Shown: in pieces, positions 50,600 to 64,000 of the stretch
How the letters are laid out: every line of letters begins with the position of its first letter
Position numbering within the stretch: position 1 is the first letter of the stretch
NCBI RefSeq assembly: GCF_018350175.1
Contig: NC_058368.1
Coordinates: forward strand, 33,358,001-33,422,000
Direction of reading: 5' to 3'
DNA length: 64,000 nt
Origin: Felis catus
Lineage: Eukaryota
The notes under the pieces: generated by a model
Told to the model about the DNA's origin: nothing
Database searches by the model: none
What the model saw: only the letters and a program-made list of their open reading frames with translations
Position numbers and translations under genes: made by a program

Positions 50600-52930
50600 G
50601 ACTCCATTCTATTCTCTGCCTTCTCAACGCAAACCATTCTTCTGTGTTGGCCATTGTATTCTTCCTCTCTATGATTTTGCCACATATATTTATATCCTTC
50701 ACAAGAGAATATTTAAATCTGCATGCTTTTGAAATTTTGATAGAGTATACATGCACTCTGAGACTTTCTTTTCAATTAATAGTATGTTCCTGAAATTTTT
50801 CAGTATTGTCCCATGAAGCAATAATTCATTCTATATGATATCCTATATATGACTGCATTGCAATCTGTTTTCTATACTGCTACTGATGGGTGTTTTGGTT
50901 ACTACTTTGTCTATATATTTTTTTTCTGGTGCATGTGTAGAAGTCAGTCTCTAAAATAAATTTACCTATGGAATTACTAAGTTATAAAGTACTTAATTTT
51001 AAAATTACTAGAAATGAAGGAGTGGTTCCCAAAGTGGATTTATGAAAATTCATCACTTTCTACAGCAGGTATTCAATTTTTCTACATTGTCACCGATACT
51101 TAAAGTTATTAAATTTCTAAAATGTTTGCCAAGGTGTATATCTAATGGGGTTTACTTTGCAGTTCCTTGATAAGTAATGTCAAGTAGTTTCAGGCTTATA
51201 GGACATATAGGTTTCTTCTTCTAGGTATCCCTTTCAAAATATCTGCCCATTTTCATATTAAGAAGCTTGAGTTTTTTTTCTTCAGTGGTTTAGGAGTTCT
51301 TTATCTCTTATTATTAATTGGTAGTGAAATGTCTTCTATTTTATAAAGTCAGATATACCTAATTTAAGTGTGGTGAAACTTATCGCAAGTTCTGATCTTC
51401 TGCTTTGTTATAAATCAGGACTTTAATTATATTGGTCTGCTTTTGATGCATTCATTAATTCATTTATCCCTACACACATAAAATATTGCCTTATTTAATA
51501 TAGCTTTATGATAATGTTTGATATCTGGTAAACTATATGCTTACTTCATCTTGTTCATGGTCTTTTTAAATATCTTGATTACTCCAGGCCATTGTGTTGC
51601 CATAGATATTGAGAATCAGCTTTTAAGAATTCTCATAAACCTGTGCTATTTTCATTAGATTTTTAGAACCTCTTGATGAGTGTCAAGAGAACTGATATGT
51701 TGGGGCACCTGGGTGGCTCAGTCGGTTAAGCATCCGACTTCAGCTCAGGTCATGATCTCACACCCTGTGAGTTCAAGCCCCCAGTCTCAGATTCTGTGTC
51801 TCCCTCTCTCCCTGCCCCTCCCCTGATCATGCTCTGCCTCTCTCTTTCTCAAAAATAAATAAAAACATTTTTTAAAAAATGTTTAAAAAAAAGAGAACTG
51901 ATATGTTTATGATATGAGATTCTATAGCCAGGGTATGGTATAGTTGTCCATGTACTTAGGTAATTTTAGTTAATTTTAACAAAATAGCAGATTATCCTTG
52001 AATGATAATTATATTGATTTTAGGGTTTTTAATATCTCTTATTGGTCTTTATTAACTTAATATGCTCACTAGAATCTCAAGGACAGTGTTGAATTGAAGT
52101 GATGATATGATGCATCCTTCATTTCTGAATCAGGGAAATGTAACTCAATATTTTATTAAATGTTAGGAGTACTGTAGACCTTCATTGCTATATTATAAGA
52201 ATAAGAAAAAAACTATTCCTACTTTAATGAGATTGTTTTTGTCATGTATGTGTTGACTTTTTTCAAATGTATATTCTGCATCTATTGAGATGATCATGTG
52301 TTCTTTTCTTTTTTCTTTTGTTAACAAAATGAATTACATTTCTGACATGTATTGATGCACAAGTTACCGATTTTCAGTTTGTAATATTTTCTAATTTGTG
52401 TTATACTTTGTTCCTTGACCTGTCTGTTTGTATTTACACAAATGTGTTTATATTTCTTTCTCCGAATTTGTCTTCTTATTTGGCCACCATCTTATTTGTG
52501 GTTCCCCCATGCTTCTGGCTTTCCATGTATGTTTTTCCCATTTTCTTTCTTTTTTTTTTTAATTTTTTGCATCTACAAGTCATTCAAAGTTGCCTGAAAC
52601 TTGAACACTATAATCCCATTTAAAAATATATTTACTGTAGAAATCTTTAAATGCCTATCTGTGTTTTTAGTATTTAAGTTAATCACTCTGTCTTCTCATT
52701 CCAAGTAATACAAAGGTTTTAACAAATTGATTCTCAGCACCTCCCTCCTGTGTATTAATTCATTTGGCGTTTTGGTTTGAAAACTTTTGAAACTCAAAAA
52801 AAATCTTTTTTTTTTTTTTTTGCAGTCAGTCACCATTCACACTTTATATTTGTCATTTTATCTGCTTATTCCTTCTTGCAATCTAGTCTCCCCACTGAAT
52901 GAAATTTCTTCTGCTTTTAATCATCTTTGT
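50600..52930 (-). mobile_element. Ancient L1ME-like fragments
   Basis: Diverged antisense L1 motifs: tagctttatgataatgtttgatatctgg, gtgtcaagagaactgatatgtttatgatatgag, ttctgcatctattgagatgatcatgtg. Confidence 0.65.
51702..51890 (+). mobile_element. CanSINE (internally deleted) inserted in L1
   Basis: Perfect 17-bp TSD aagagaactgatatgtt at 51685-51701 and 51891-51907. Confidence 0.95.
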
Positions 52931-53669
52931 AAGACCTATTAATGAGAATCAGTGTTGTAAACATGGTTGTTAGAAAGAATGATTTTTGTCAACTTGTCAT
53001 AAAATTTTACACAAAAAAGAAAAAACGTGGTTACTAAAACAGCATCCTGTGACATGCTTTTGTTGTCTTTGTGCCACAAGGGAGGAAGAAAAGAATTCCA
53101 AGATATGAGAGGAAAATAAACATTTTTGGCAAAAAGAGAATTAGAAATAAGAGAGAGACCATTCGCTTTCTACCCTCCCCCAGTCTCTAGACATATGAGA
53201 AAGGTGGGCATTACAATAGGTTTGACTTATAACTAAGCTTCCTTAAGAGCCCAAAAGGCAAGGTGGCGATGCAACAAAGGCATTTCTGGAATCTTTGATA
53301 AAGAAAAATGAGAAGAAATCCAGACTGTGAGTGTCTGCTGAGTGCAAAAAGATGCATATTACCAGAATGACATGGCAAACTTCATCTGAAGAAACAAATG
53401 GCCAACTCTCTTGGGATCAACAGAACTGGGAAGAATGGTCAGGAAGACCATGTGACTTGAATTTAACCCAGAATTATGCCAGAATTTAACCCAGAGATCA
53501 TTATCTATTGCTGAAAGGGTTTGCCTGTAAAGACAGATAGACACATGGAAATATCTGTTCCCACCTCATCATTGTAAAGGTGGGCGATATTGGTGAAATT
53601 TTTAAATGTGTTTTGAAATTATGCTAAAGTTGCTGAGTATTTACTGGATTTGAATAAGAAGCCAGTTTT

Positions 53670-53887
53670 TTTTTTTAATATGTATTTATTTTTGAGAGAC
53701 AGACAGAGGCAGAGCATGAGCAGGGGAGGGAAAGAGAGAGAGAGAGAGATACAGAATCTGAAGCAGGCTCCAGACTCTGAGCTGTTTGTTAGCACAGAGC
53801 CCAATGCCGGGGCTTGAACTCACAAACTGCAAGACCATAACCTGAGCTGAAGTTGGATGCTCAACTGACTGAGCCACTCAGGTGCCC
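53670..53887 (-). mobile_element. CanSINE (SINEC_Fc-like)
   Basis: Flanked by agaagccagtttt TSD. Confidence 0.94.
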
Positions 53888-54765
53888 TTAGAAGCCAGTT
53901 TTGAATAAATTAAAACCTTGCCATCAGTGAAGCAAAGGTTTAGATTCATTAATTACATTGTTTTAGAAAAAATGGATTCCCAATTAATTATATTAATTGC
54001 TATAGGCATAAAATTCAACCTGGCACACTTTCAAGTTTTTTGTTCGTTTGATTGTCTTATCAGTTACCTGCATTGATATCACCACATGAGGTCAGAAGTT
54101 AATTTCAATTTAGAGTTCTGGTTGTCACTAGGCTGAAAAATCTCCACTTTCAGATGACATTGCAACACAAAGTGTATGTTCTGAAGAGGAGAGAAATAGA
54201 ACAATTCACCTTAAATTTGCTCTAGTAAATGTTACTTGCTAGAGAAAAAACTTCCACAGATGGTTTGTTTGTTTAGTGAAAACTATATATTTTTTAGAAA
54301 AAGAAGGGAGATTATTTAAAACCCAGAAATAATAATAAAAGAAAACCTGTACTTTATTTTTCCAAAAACATATACCATAAATCACTATTTATCAAGAACC
54401 GTGCAATGATATCAAAGGGGGTACAAACAACCAATGTCTCAAAACATTGCTAAAAGTCACACAGTTAGGTGTGATCGAACTAAGTCATGTGCTGTGAAAG
54501 ATGAGAGGGTACAAACATCTATATGTCAGTTTTTGCCAGCTGCTTTTTAAGAGAAACTCTACTCAAATGCTTTGCAATTCAGTTAAGAAAAAAAAAATGG
54601 GTTTAACCAAATAGGAAAAGAGGATAAAACCAGCATGGCTTCTATAAATATTTTTTTTTTTATGTTCTAAGGACAATAAAAAAATACTCTGAGCACTTAT
54701 AGTGAAATGCTATATGTCCGTGTGATGTTTCAACACACTGGTGGTTAAATTCGGTTCAGAATGAT

Positions 54766-54988
54766 TTTTTAAAATTTTTTTAATGTTTGTTTTTGAGAGA
54801 GAATGAAACAGAGCATGAACAGAGGGGGAGCAGAGAGAGAGGGAGACACAGAATCCGAAGCAGGCTCCAGGCTCCAGGCTCCAAGCTGTCAGCACAGAGC
54901 CCGACGCGGGGCTCGAACTCACAAACCGCAAGATCATGACCTGAGCCAAAGTTGGAAGCTTAACCGACTGAGCCACCCAGGTGCCCCC
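54766..54988 (-). mobile_element. CanSINE (SINEC_Fc-like) with three ggctcca units
   Basis: caggctccaggctccaggctccaagctg; flanked by atgatt; lies at the tail of the adjacent L1. Confidence 0.94.
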
Positions 54989-54994
54989 GGATGA

Positions 54995-56520
54995 TTATTT
55001 TTTTAATAATTAACTTCATTTTTTAGAGTAGTCTTAAGTCACAGCAAAATTGAGCCAAAAGTACAGAGTCTTCCCATGTACCCCAGGGGCCTCAGGCAGG
55101 TAGAGCTTCTCTTACACCGAGCACTAAAGTGGTACATTTGTATGATCAGTGAGCCTGCACTGACACATAAATATCACCCAAATATCCGCAGTTTGATTAG
55201 GGGCCACTCTTGGTGTTGTACATTCCATGGGCTTGAACAAAGGTATAGTGACATAGACCTACCATCATAGTATCATATTGAATATCTTTAATGCCCTAAA
55301 ACTCTCTGGATTCCATCTGTACCTCCTGTTAACCTCTGTCAACCACTGATTTTTTATTGTACCCATACATTTGCCTTTCCCAAAATGCCATATTTGGAAT
55401 CATATTTTTTTTCATATTGACTTCTTTCACTTAGTGATATGCATTTACGCTTTCTCCATCTTTTCGTGACTTGATAGCTTCTACCTTTTTAGTGCTGAGT
55501 AATATTTCATTGTCTGGATGCACCAAATTTTATCCAGTTACCTACTGAAGGACATCTCTGGTTGCTTCCAAGTTTTGACAATTATGAGTAAAGTTCCTAT
55601 AAGCACTCAGGTTCAGGTTTTGTGTGGATGTAAATTTCAACTCACTTGGGTAAATTCCAGGAGCATAATTGCTAGATCATATGGTAAGCATATATTTAGT
55701 TATCTAAAAACCGTCAAACTGTCTTACAAAGTAACTGTGGCAATTTGCATGCCTACCAGAAATCCAGCAATGGATGAGACTTCCTGATGCTCCACATCCT
55801 TGCCAGCATCGGGTGTCATCAGTTCCAGATTTTGACTATTCTGATAGGTGCGTAGTGGTAATTGTTATTTTTATTTGGAATTGTCTAGTAAGATAAAATG
55901 TCAAGCTAATTTGCCATTTGTATATCCTCTTTGATGAGATGCCTGTTAAGGTGTTTTACTCATTTTCTTAATCAACTCATTCATTTTCTTATTGAGTTTT
56001 AAAAGCTCTTTGTATATGTTATAATAGTCCTTTGTTAGAGATGTATTTTGCAGATATTTTCTCCAAATCTGTGACTTATCTTTTCATCTTCTTCACACTG
56101 TCTTTTGCAGAGAAGTGTAATTTTATTGAAGCCAGGCTTGTTATTTTTTTTTAGTTGATCAGTCCTTTTACATGGTGTCTAAAAGGATATCACCATAAGG
56201 TCTGTGTCCAGATTCATTTTTTGCATGTGGGTGTCCAGTTGTTCCAGCACTATTTGTGGAAAAGTCTATCTTTGCTCCATCGTATTGCTTTTGCTCCTTT
56301 GTCGAAGATCAGTTGTCTGTATTTCTGGGGGTCTGTTTCTGGGCTCTTTATTTCATTCCATTGATCTATGTGTTCTTTTGCTGATATCACACTGTCTTGC
56401 TTACTATAGCTTTATAGCAATTCTTGAGATATTGTCAGTCTTCTGACTTTGTTCATCTCTTTCACTCTTGAGTTGGCCAAACTGGGTCTTTTACCCCTTC
56501 ATTTCAACTTTAGAATTAAT
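54995..56520 (-). mobile_element. L1MA/MB-like 3' fragment
   Basis: gtcacagcaaaattgagccaaaagtacagag 3'UTR; ttgctagatcatatggtaag; gtccagttgttccagcactatttgtggaaa. Confidence 0.85.
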
Positions 56521-56684
56521 AATACGCGGCAAAGGCCCAGGACCTGAGAGGATAATTACAGATGACTCCAAGATTCTACTGGGTCCACTGTGAAGCAAAG
56601 TTTGATCAAAACACCTTGTAATTAGCTGGTCTCCTTCCATAGAATTATAGCAAAATCACAGATAACTTTACCATCATTAACAGC

Positions 56685-56900
56685 TTAGGCTCAGGAATGA
56701 GGTTTCTGGGCTCAAAATGATGCTGTGTTACTTACTAGATACACAATTTTCAGTGGTTAAACTCTGTGCCATGTGTTCTTATTTATAAAATGAGGAAAAC
56801 AGTATCTACTCAATAAGATCGTAGTGAGGGTTCGATGGATTATAAAGTATAGCATTTATAATACCTTCTGGATCTGTTGACACTTGCTAGTATTTGTCTC
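56685..56900 (+). mobile_element. MIR
   Basis: ttaaactctgtgcc...ttcttatttataaaatgaggaaaacagtatctactcaataag. Confidence 0.55.
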
Positions 56901-56999
56901 TTGGGGCAAATACTGTTTGTATTGTGGTAAATTCCTCTTGTTCCTGTCATAATTCTGTACTGTGGGAAGTCAAGAATGTATGCCTATCCCTCTGTATTT

Positions 57000-57211
57000 A
57001 TGTTTTATAGTCAACCAGTGAAGATGCCTTTAACTCTCTCCACGTTTTTCCTCTTGGACCCCCAAATATCCATTCCCAAATAGTGGGTAAAATGTATTTA
57101 AAAATACAAATCAATTCAGGCTACATCTGTTACCCCTTCAGAGAGAGCTTCTTTAACTTCTATAAGAACTAATCCCAGCACCAGCATTCTACCAATACTA
57201 TCAATGCATGC

Positions 57212-57263
<52 letters not shown>

Positions 57264-57500
57264 ACACACACACCCATACACACACCATATACTTTTTTGG
57301 CTATTATAATAACCTGTTATAAAGCCTTTTTAGTTTGTTATTTTGTGGTTTATTTGCTTAGTGAATTAGTATTTCTATTCCTACTTAGAAAGTAAACTCC
57401 ATGAAATTAGGAACTCTGACTTTATTGCTCATGAGTCAAGTCTAATACAAAGCCTGACACATGGTACATAATACATAAATATTCATTAAATAAAGGAATA
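57000..57500 (+). mobile_element. L2 3' fragment
   Basis: tagaaagtaaactccatga...aaagcctgacacatggtac...ataaatattcattaaataaa, L2 3' terminus. Confidence 0.55.
57214..57273. repeat. (CA)n microsatellite with two CG interruptions
   Basis: Directly visible. Confidence 0.95.
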
Positions 57501-58341
57501 TAAATGAGAATAACTCCCCATGGGCTGCCTAATAATTTTATTCTAAGAAATCCCATACAACAATATGACTTGTTTTTTTTCCAGCTAAATGGTCATGACC
57601 TAGGATTGCTATTTATGTCTACTTAAACAAACATGGACAAATTTTAGCTTTTCAGACATTTCTCTGGTGGGGAGCATGAGATAGACAGAAGAAATCAAAT
57701 AGAAATGAGCCAGACAATACAAAATTATATTCCCGAATTTATATTTCTACCTTACTTCTTTGATCCTCATTGAGGATATAGATTAAAATGGCCTAAGAAG
57801 TTTTAGATTGCTTTTGAAATTGATGTGCATATCCATATCTACAAAATCAGAATTTTCTTAAGTATGGCCTATCACCTATGTTTTCACAGATTATCCTGCT
57901 TTGTATTTTGCTGGTAAAAAGGGCAGCATTGGGTCCAAATAATAGTCGGCCTTTAGAACAAGATGTAAAACCACAGCCCGCTATTTATGTTAATCCACTG
58001 AATATGAAATATCTGTTGAGACTTCCCAAAGCAATCAATTCAGATGATCTATACTTCCCAATGGAAGTATCAAATCAGACTGAATTAGATGAGTTAGAAA
58101 TGCTGTGCAAAAGACATTATTTATCTCCAAAAGAGTGAAGCAAGGCAACAAATAGTGCGTGCCTTATCCCATCTATCATACACACTATTTTGAAGACGTT
58201 GTAAGAAAACTGTGGATTAATAATAGATTTCTGTCTCATAATTTTAGAAATTTTTTTAACATACCAAATTTAAAATATTCAGAAAGAATATTTGAACCTG
58301 GAAACAGGCATAAAAGCCTTTTTGTCTTTTTATACCACTGG

Positions 58342-58560
58342 TTTTTAATTTTTTTTAATGTTTATTCATTTTTGATAGAGACAGCGAGCAGGGGAGGGGC
58401 AGAGAGAGAGAGGCAGGGGGTGGGCAGAGGATCACAAGCGGGCTCTGAGGCTCTGCGCTTACAGCAGAGAACCCAACACAGGGCTCAAACTCATTGAAGC
58501 CGTGATATCATGACCTCAGCCCATGTCAGATGCTTAACCAACTGAGCCACCCAGGTGTTC
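58342..58560 (-). mobile_element. CanSINE
   Basis: Reverse-complement copy flanked by accactg. Confidence 0.92.
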
Positions 58561-58608
58561 TGACCACTGTTCTTGTCAACTGTATACCCACTCGAATATC
58601 AAAACCAT

Positions 58609-58770
58609 GGGGCGTTTGGGTGGCTTGGTGGGTTAAGCATCCGGCTTCCGCTCAGGTCATGATCTCTGTTCATGAGTTCAAGCCCCGCATTGGGCTCTGT
58701 GCTGACAGCTCAGCTCCTGGAACCTGCTTTGGTTTCTGTGTCTTCCTCTCTCACTGCCCCTCTTTCATTC

Positions 58771-58810
<40 letters not shown>

Positions 58811-58846
58811 GCTCTCTCTCTCTCTCTCAAATTAACATTAAAAAAA
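58609..58846 (+). mobile_element. CanSINE (SINEC_Fc-like) with long CT tract
   Basis: TSD core gaatatcaaaa at 58594-58604 and 58847-58857. Confidence 0.94.
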
Positions 58847-59139
58847 GAATATCAAAATTAGTTTCCAAAATGAATTTAGAGTACTTATAGTAAGAATAAC
58901 ATTATTGTGAAAAGCCCATGAGAAAAAATGCTTGACAGTCTGCTGCCCATAACCATTGTAAGCACTGGCATTGGTAAGTCCATAGATAGACTCATGGATC
59001 TATGTACATCCATTTGGTAAAACTAACTAATGTCATCTCAAGGTGACATATGATGACCCAGTTGTTATATGTGGAGACATGGTTGAAAGGAATAGTTCAA
59101 GATCTAGGTTATTAAGTGATATATTTAAATGCAATAATT

Positions 59140-60060
59140 TATTGGATCACTATTTGCTGAGTGCCTCTATTCCAGGAATTATCTGAGGATCTATTAGAGA
59201 ACAACACAATAAACGTTAAAACCAAAATGATCGCTTCTCAATTAGAGGAAGCCAGATTAAACCAAATAAATTAGTAAATCATGTGGTAGGTTACAAAGTA
59301 ATAAAGTACTTTGAGGGAAAAAAAAAACACAAACAAAGGAAAGAAGGGTAATAGAGTGTGCTGGAGAGAGAGGTTCCAATTCTAAGTATGGCTGTCAAAT
59401 GTGGTCTCAATGAGAGGGTTGCATTTGAGTAAATATTTGAAGAATTTGAGGAAGTGAACCAGGCTGAAACTTCAGAGGAAGGAAGTATGGTAAAGGCCGT
59501 GAAGTCTCTGAAGTGTTCAGGGACAGTAAGGAGGTTGAGTACAGTACAGTCAGCAAAAGCTGAAGACTAGGGGAAAAAGTTATAGAATTAAGAAAGGACT
59601 AAATTTTATAGGACCTTGTATGACATGTGGTGCCATGGAGGGAGCTGAGGTTAAAAATAAAGTGACATGATTAAACGTTAACAGGATCACAGTGGCTGCT
59701 AGGATGAGACTACGGAGTAGGATTGCAAGGGTAGAAGCAGGAGAAATGTACAAGAGGCCCTTATAATCTACAGGGTGAATGGAAAATTGTGTCTCAAACT
59801 AGGGTGATAGTTGATGGCGACAAATTTGAGATTTGATTGGAAGGATTTCCTATATTATTGAATAAATATAAATATATAGATATAAAGAATACCAGGTCCT
59901 TAATCTTGGGCACATTAAAGGAGATTGGGAAACTGTGTTAAGAACAGGTCCGAATGAAAAGAATCAGGTTTGGAGTATGTTACTTTGAGATGCCTTGTAG
60001 CCAATCAATTTGATTTAGGCGACATTGGTAGAATTCTCTTGCACAAGGAATGGAGAACAG
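59140..60060 (-). mobile_element. L2 fragment
   Basis: tatttgctgagtgcctctattccagg start; acaggatcacagtggctgct; tttggagtatgttactttgagatgcct. Confidence 0.7.
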
Positions 60061-62807
60061 GAAAATAAGACAACAAGTAATGAGTTTGAGAGGGTGCAAT
60101 AGATGATAGAGATGTATGCTGAGTGCTAAGGAAACACAAAAGAGTTTTTTTTCTTCCTGGATGGTTTGTGAAATATTTAAATAGTTTATTTTCAATCTGA
60201 TCATGAAACAATATTTCACATATCCCCCCCAAAAAAGCAATAGCAGTGCAATTATATCATCTAATTGTGTTTCTTTTTCGGTTTGTTAAACCAACAATAT
60301 CAGTAAAATTCTGTTTAAAAATCGTGGCTGTCTTTATTCTCACAGAGTTCTGCTTGTGAGGTTACAGCGATTTTTTTCTTAATTGTAATAGTTTTACCAT
60401 TTGGAAATCTTAATTAATGTTTGTATACACTCATGTTCCTCTTCCATCATGTCTCAAGTCAATTTATAGTAATTATTGTGTTTTCTATAAGGTTTATGTA
60501 TGTGTGTGTGTGTGTGTGTACATGTATATATCCAAACCACCAGTGCTTGCAAATAATTAAACAAAACATGCTCTATTTTTTCTCTTAAGAGAAAACTTCA
60601 TTTCAGATTTTGAGTACACATATGTATAAATATTTTGAACGTTGTTCTGTTTGTATATATATCTTTTATTTAGAGGGCAAAACAAACATCAGTAGTCAAG
60701 TTGTCTCAGTAATCCTTCCTTTCTCACTCAAATCTTATTCATAAACTGTATTCAGCTTGTTAGAGGTAGCTTAATGATTATTAATGTATTTTAACAAAAT
60801 AATTGTGCAAGGATAGTGAAAGCACTTCCTTAATGCATGCCTTTTTCCCCCCATCGAACAAAGGTGTAAAGAAGATGTGATTAATGCCATAGTTTTATCT
60901 ATGTTTTCCTATTAAAGTAATATTATAACTCTGAGGACTTGTTTAATTCTCAGGTAAATAACCACCTAAAATGATTTATCTACATTTTTAGATGAATAAA
61001 TCTATTTTATTCATATATATTTGATAAATATGCAAGGTGTTATATAAATAAACAAATGCAGGGTTTTTAAATATATTGCTTTATCTTTTGGGCCTTTAAT
61101 TCTGTTTAGCTTAGCAAACATTTTGAGTACTGATTTCAAGTATATATGTACATCAGTTTAACTGTGGCTAATTAATGAAATAATGCATATTAGCGATTGA
61201 CTCCTTAACTTCTTTAATTAGCGTTATGGCAGAAATGCAATTTAAATTGAAGTTGCATTAGCAGAGGAGAACCTTTATAACCCTTGAACTTTTAGCCAGG
61301 TCAGCCACTATACTTAAGGCTCAATGTTTACATATTTGCTATATTCTTATCTCTTTTATTTTTTTAACAATTTGGAAAAAGCATCAAATGTAGATGGATT
61401 TTTTTAATAAAACTTAAAAGAACAAAGGAAGAAATGTTTTAAGCACTACCTTGGGTTGGTACATAGCAGGTGGCCATTAAATGCATACTGTATAAATGTA
61501 TTGGCACGTACATTTTTTCCTTTTAAAAGCATTCCTTTGGGTATCACCACCATCGGGGTTCAGGTCAAAAAACCGTGTCAACGAGTCTAAGTCCTCAAAA
61601 AATTAAACTTGTCAAAATGTACTATGTAACAGAGTTGAAACTGATTCTCAGAAAAGCAATGTGCCATTCCTTCTATAGCATCATGTTCTTTATGGTATAT
61701 CACACCCACATCTAGACGGCCAAATCAAATTAGACCTTTAACAACTAACTGAAGGGAGGAGAAGGCAAATATCCACTCCACAACAGTTTCCTGCACAAAA
61801 CTGTTTTATTAAATTAGTTATCTACTTCTATATCTGCCCCACACATGCACACATCTTTTCAGGCCAAGATTATTATGCTCACAATCGTTAACTATCTGAG
61901 AACTGTTGCAGTGATTGACAAAAAAATTATCAGAATTCCCACACAACTTTGTTTTTCTATCAGTTTGCAGGGGATCTTCAATGCCTCTGGGAACAGCACT
62001 TTTATAAATAAAAGATATGGTTTCGGTCATAATATAACAGGAATTGAGAGACATTCTTAATAGATTTAGTAAAAGATGAATTAATTTATTAACTACCTAA
62101 CATGGGTAAGACACAATTTTAGGTCACTGTTTTTTTAGAAGAAGAAATTTGAGTTCACTCTGTTTTCCTAATTCTGTATACTAGAATTATCTGTGCAGAC
62201 ACATCTCCTTTTGTAAAACAAACAAACAAAAAACTCTTCTCAGGCTTGTATTTTCTTACCAAGGCTCACCGTGTCATATAGTCTTGGTTTCTTATACATA
62301 CAGGTCAATCACAATTAAGTGTTTCAATTTCACTCCAAGTGAACTATGACAGAATCACTGTTCAATTCATTATTCGGATAATCATCAAGTTTTTGCTATT
62401 GTAGTTATCACAATAAAACTTCTAACTAAATGAAAATGACTCATACATTCATTACTTTGAGAATTATTATTAATTGCAGTCTACATCCACCAGGTCAGCT
62501 GACGATCAGGCTTGTTCTACTTTTAGGCAAGCCTGACAACTACTGAATTGTATGATTTCTTTAAACAGTACTTACTGAGTAATTGCCAAGTCATTTGATA
62601 GATCTTGAGCATCCATAGACGTATAATCATAGACCCTAGTATCATGAGTGTAACGTGCTAAGGGAAAAGAAATATCTTTCAGTTAATCTCACTCCAATCT
62701 ATATATTAACTGTTTAAAAAACTGTAGGAGAATTGATACATAAGTGCATACAAGGATTTCCTAAACCACAGTGAGGTCATTGTATACTACAATAGAAAGA
62801 TTGCTTT

Positions 62808-62971
62808 GCGGGTACCTGGGTGGCTCAGTCGGTTACCATCTGACTCTATTTTGACTCTCGTTATGATCTCATGGTTCATGAGATCGAGCCCCACATCACC
62901 TCTGCGCTGACAGCTTGGAGCCTGCTGGGATTCTCTCCCTCCCTCTCTCTCTCTGCCCCTCCCCCACCCCT

Positions 62972-63023
<52 letters not shown>

Positions 63024-63058
63024 ACTCTCTCTCTCTAAGTGAATAAAATAAACAAAAA
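62808..63058 (+). mobile_element. CanSINE with expanded (CT)n
   Basis: gggtacctgggtggctcagtcggtta head, long CT run, A-rich tail. Confidence 0.93.
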
Positions 63059-63439
63059 GAGATTTCTTTAAAAAATTATTGACTGAAATTCACAGTTCAC
63101 GATATTTTATATAAATTTCATGCATGCATATTGTTTTTTGAATACAATAATAGTAAAACATAAGAGCTAATTCTGCAAAGTTATTTTGACAATTAAGGAA
63201 TTATTATAATTGACAAGAGCCTTGTGAGACAGGATGGGGTTGTAAATGGGACTTGATATTTGCTGTGAAATGTACTAAAGTTTGATAGCTGTGTGTCTAA
63301 TTTGGCAAAACTATGAAGTAACTCAAAGCCTTATTTTCAACGAAATATTTGAATATTTGTGTATATATACACATGTGTGACAAACATTAAATTGTTTGTG
63401 TAAAGTGTCTATCACATAGGAGGGACTAAAGAAAGAAAT

Positions 63440-63620
63440 ATGGGTTGTTCAGTCTGTTGAGCGTCCAAATCTTGATTTTGGCTCAAGCCATCGTTGTGGT
63501 GTCATAGGATCAGGTTTTGCACTGAATGCGGAGCCTGCTTGGAATTCTCTCTCTCCCTCTACCCTCTCCCCCTCTCGCATGTGTGCTCTCTCTCTCTCAA
63601 AAATAAACAAATATAAATAA
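63440..63620 (+). mobile_element. CanSINE, diverged 5' end
   Basis: tcagtctgttgagcgtccaaatcttgattttggctca...gcggagcctgcttggaattctctc...ctcaaaaataaac. Confidence 0.88.
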
Positions 63621-64000
63621 GAAAGGCCTTCTAAACTGTGATATTTGTCCATAATTGCTTTCTACTTTCACCACATCTGTGATATGCCTAACTGCTATTT
63701 TGTGTTACTTCTATCTCTTCAGTTGCTCTCTTAATTCATTTATCATTTCTGTTTTCTTAAGCTCTCAAAAGACACAAACATAAAGAAAAGGCGTCTAATG
63801 CACACATTCCAGAAAAATTTCCAAGTTACTTTTTCTAACCTACTTGTCTAATAATTTCCAATATACGAACAAATTTCCATGAGAACAGTTTCTCAATTCG
63901 TGAAAAGCTAATGAATGGTATCATTCTAACTTACTAAGGTATTTTCCCAGCGAAGTGCTTTAAGGGCATAAAATGGATGATATCTGATGCTATAATTGTA

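Noticed and set aside
57878..58138. 86-aa ATG ORF with a hydrophobic N-terminus resembling a signal peptide
   Set aside because: No recognisable homology or promoter evidence; length is within chance expectation for 64 kb. PhyloCSF would settle it.
1..64000. CRISPR array, operon or other prokaryote-type novel system
   Set aside because: The sequence is mammalian repeat-rich DNA; recurring repeats are dispersed SINEs without regular spacers, and no intact gene cluster is present.

Overview
AT-rich mammalian non-coding DNA from a feliform carnivore, very probably a felid: about 35 tRNA-derived CanSINEs are present, including near-consensus SINEC_Fc-type copies. I found no intact protein-coding gene, tRNA, rRNA or CRISPR array. 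The ORF track is almost entirely chance or repeat-derived frames. The window is mostly interspersed repeats: CanSINEs, L1 and L2 fragments, MIRs, MaLR/ERVL LTRs, an ERVL gag remnant and microsatellites. Three things stand out. (1) A near-full-length fossil Tigger/pogo DNA transposon at 26748-29483 has both TIRs, TA target duplications and a decayed transposase with DD36D spacing; it sits inside an old L1 and carries a SINE. (2) A repeat-poor block at about 39.1-44.4 kb holds a candidate + strand TATA/Inr promoter and a ~0.9 kb CpG-retaining, uORF-rich candidate first exon (40808 to ~41695). (3) Most L1 fragments lie on the - strand, which suggests the window is intronic to a large + strand gene that I cannot name. 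I see no convincing evidence of a novel multi-gene system. Repeat subfamily names come from recalled consensus resemblance rather than a database search, and boundaries of old repeats are approximate.
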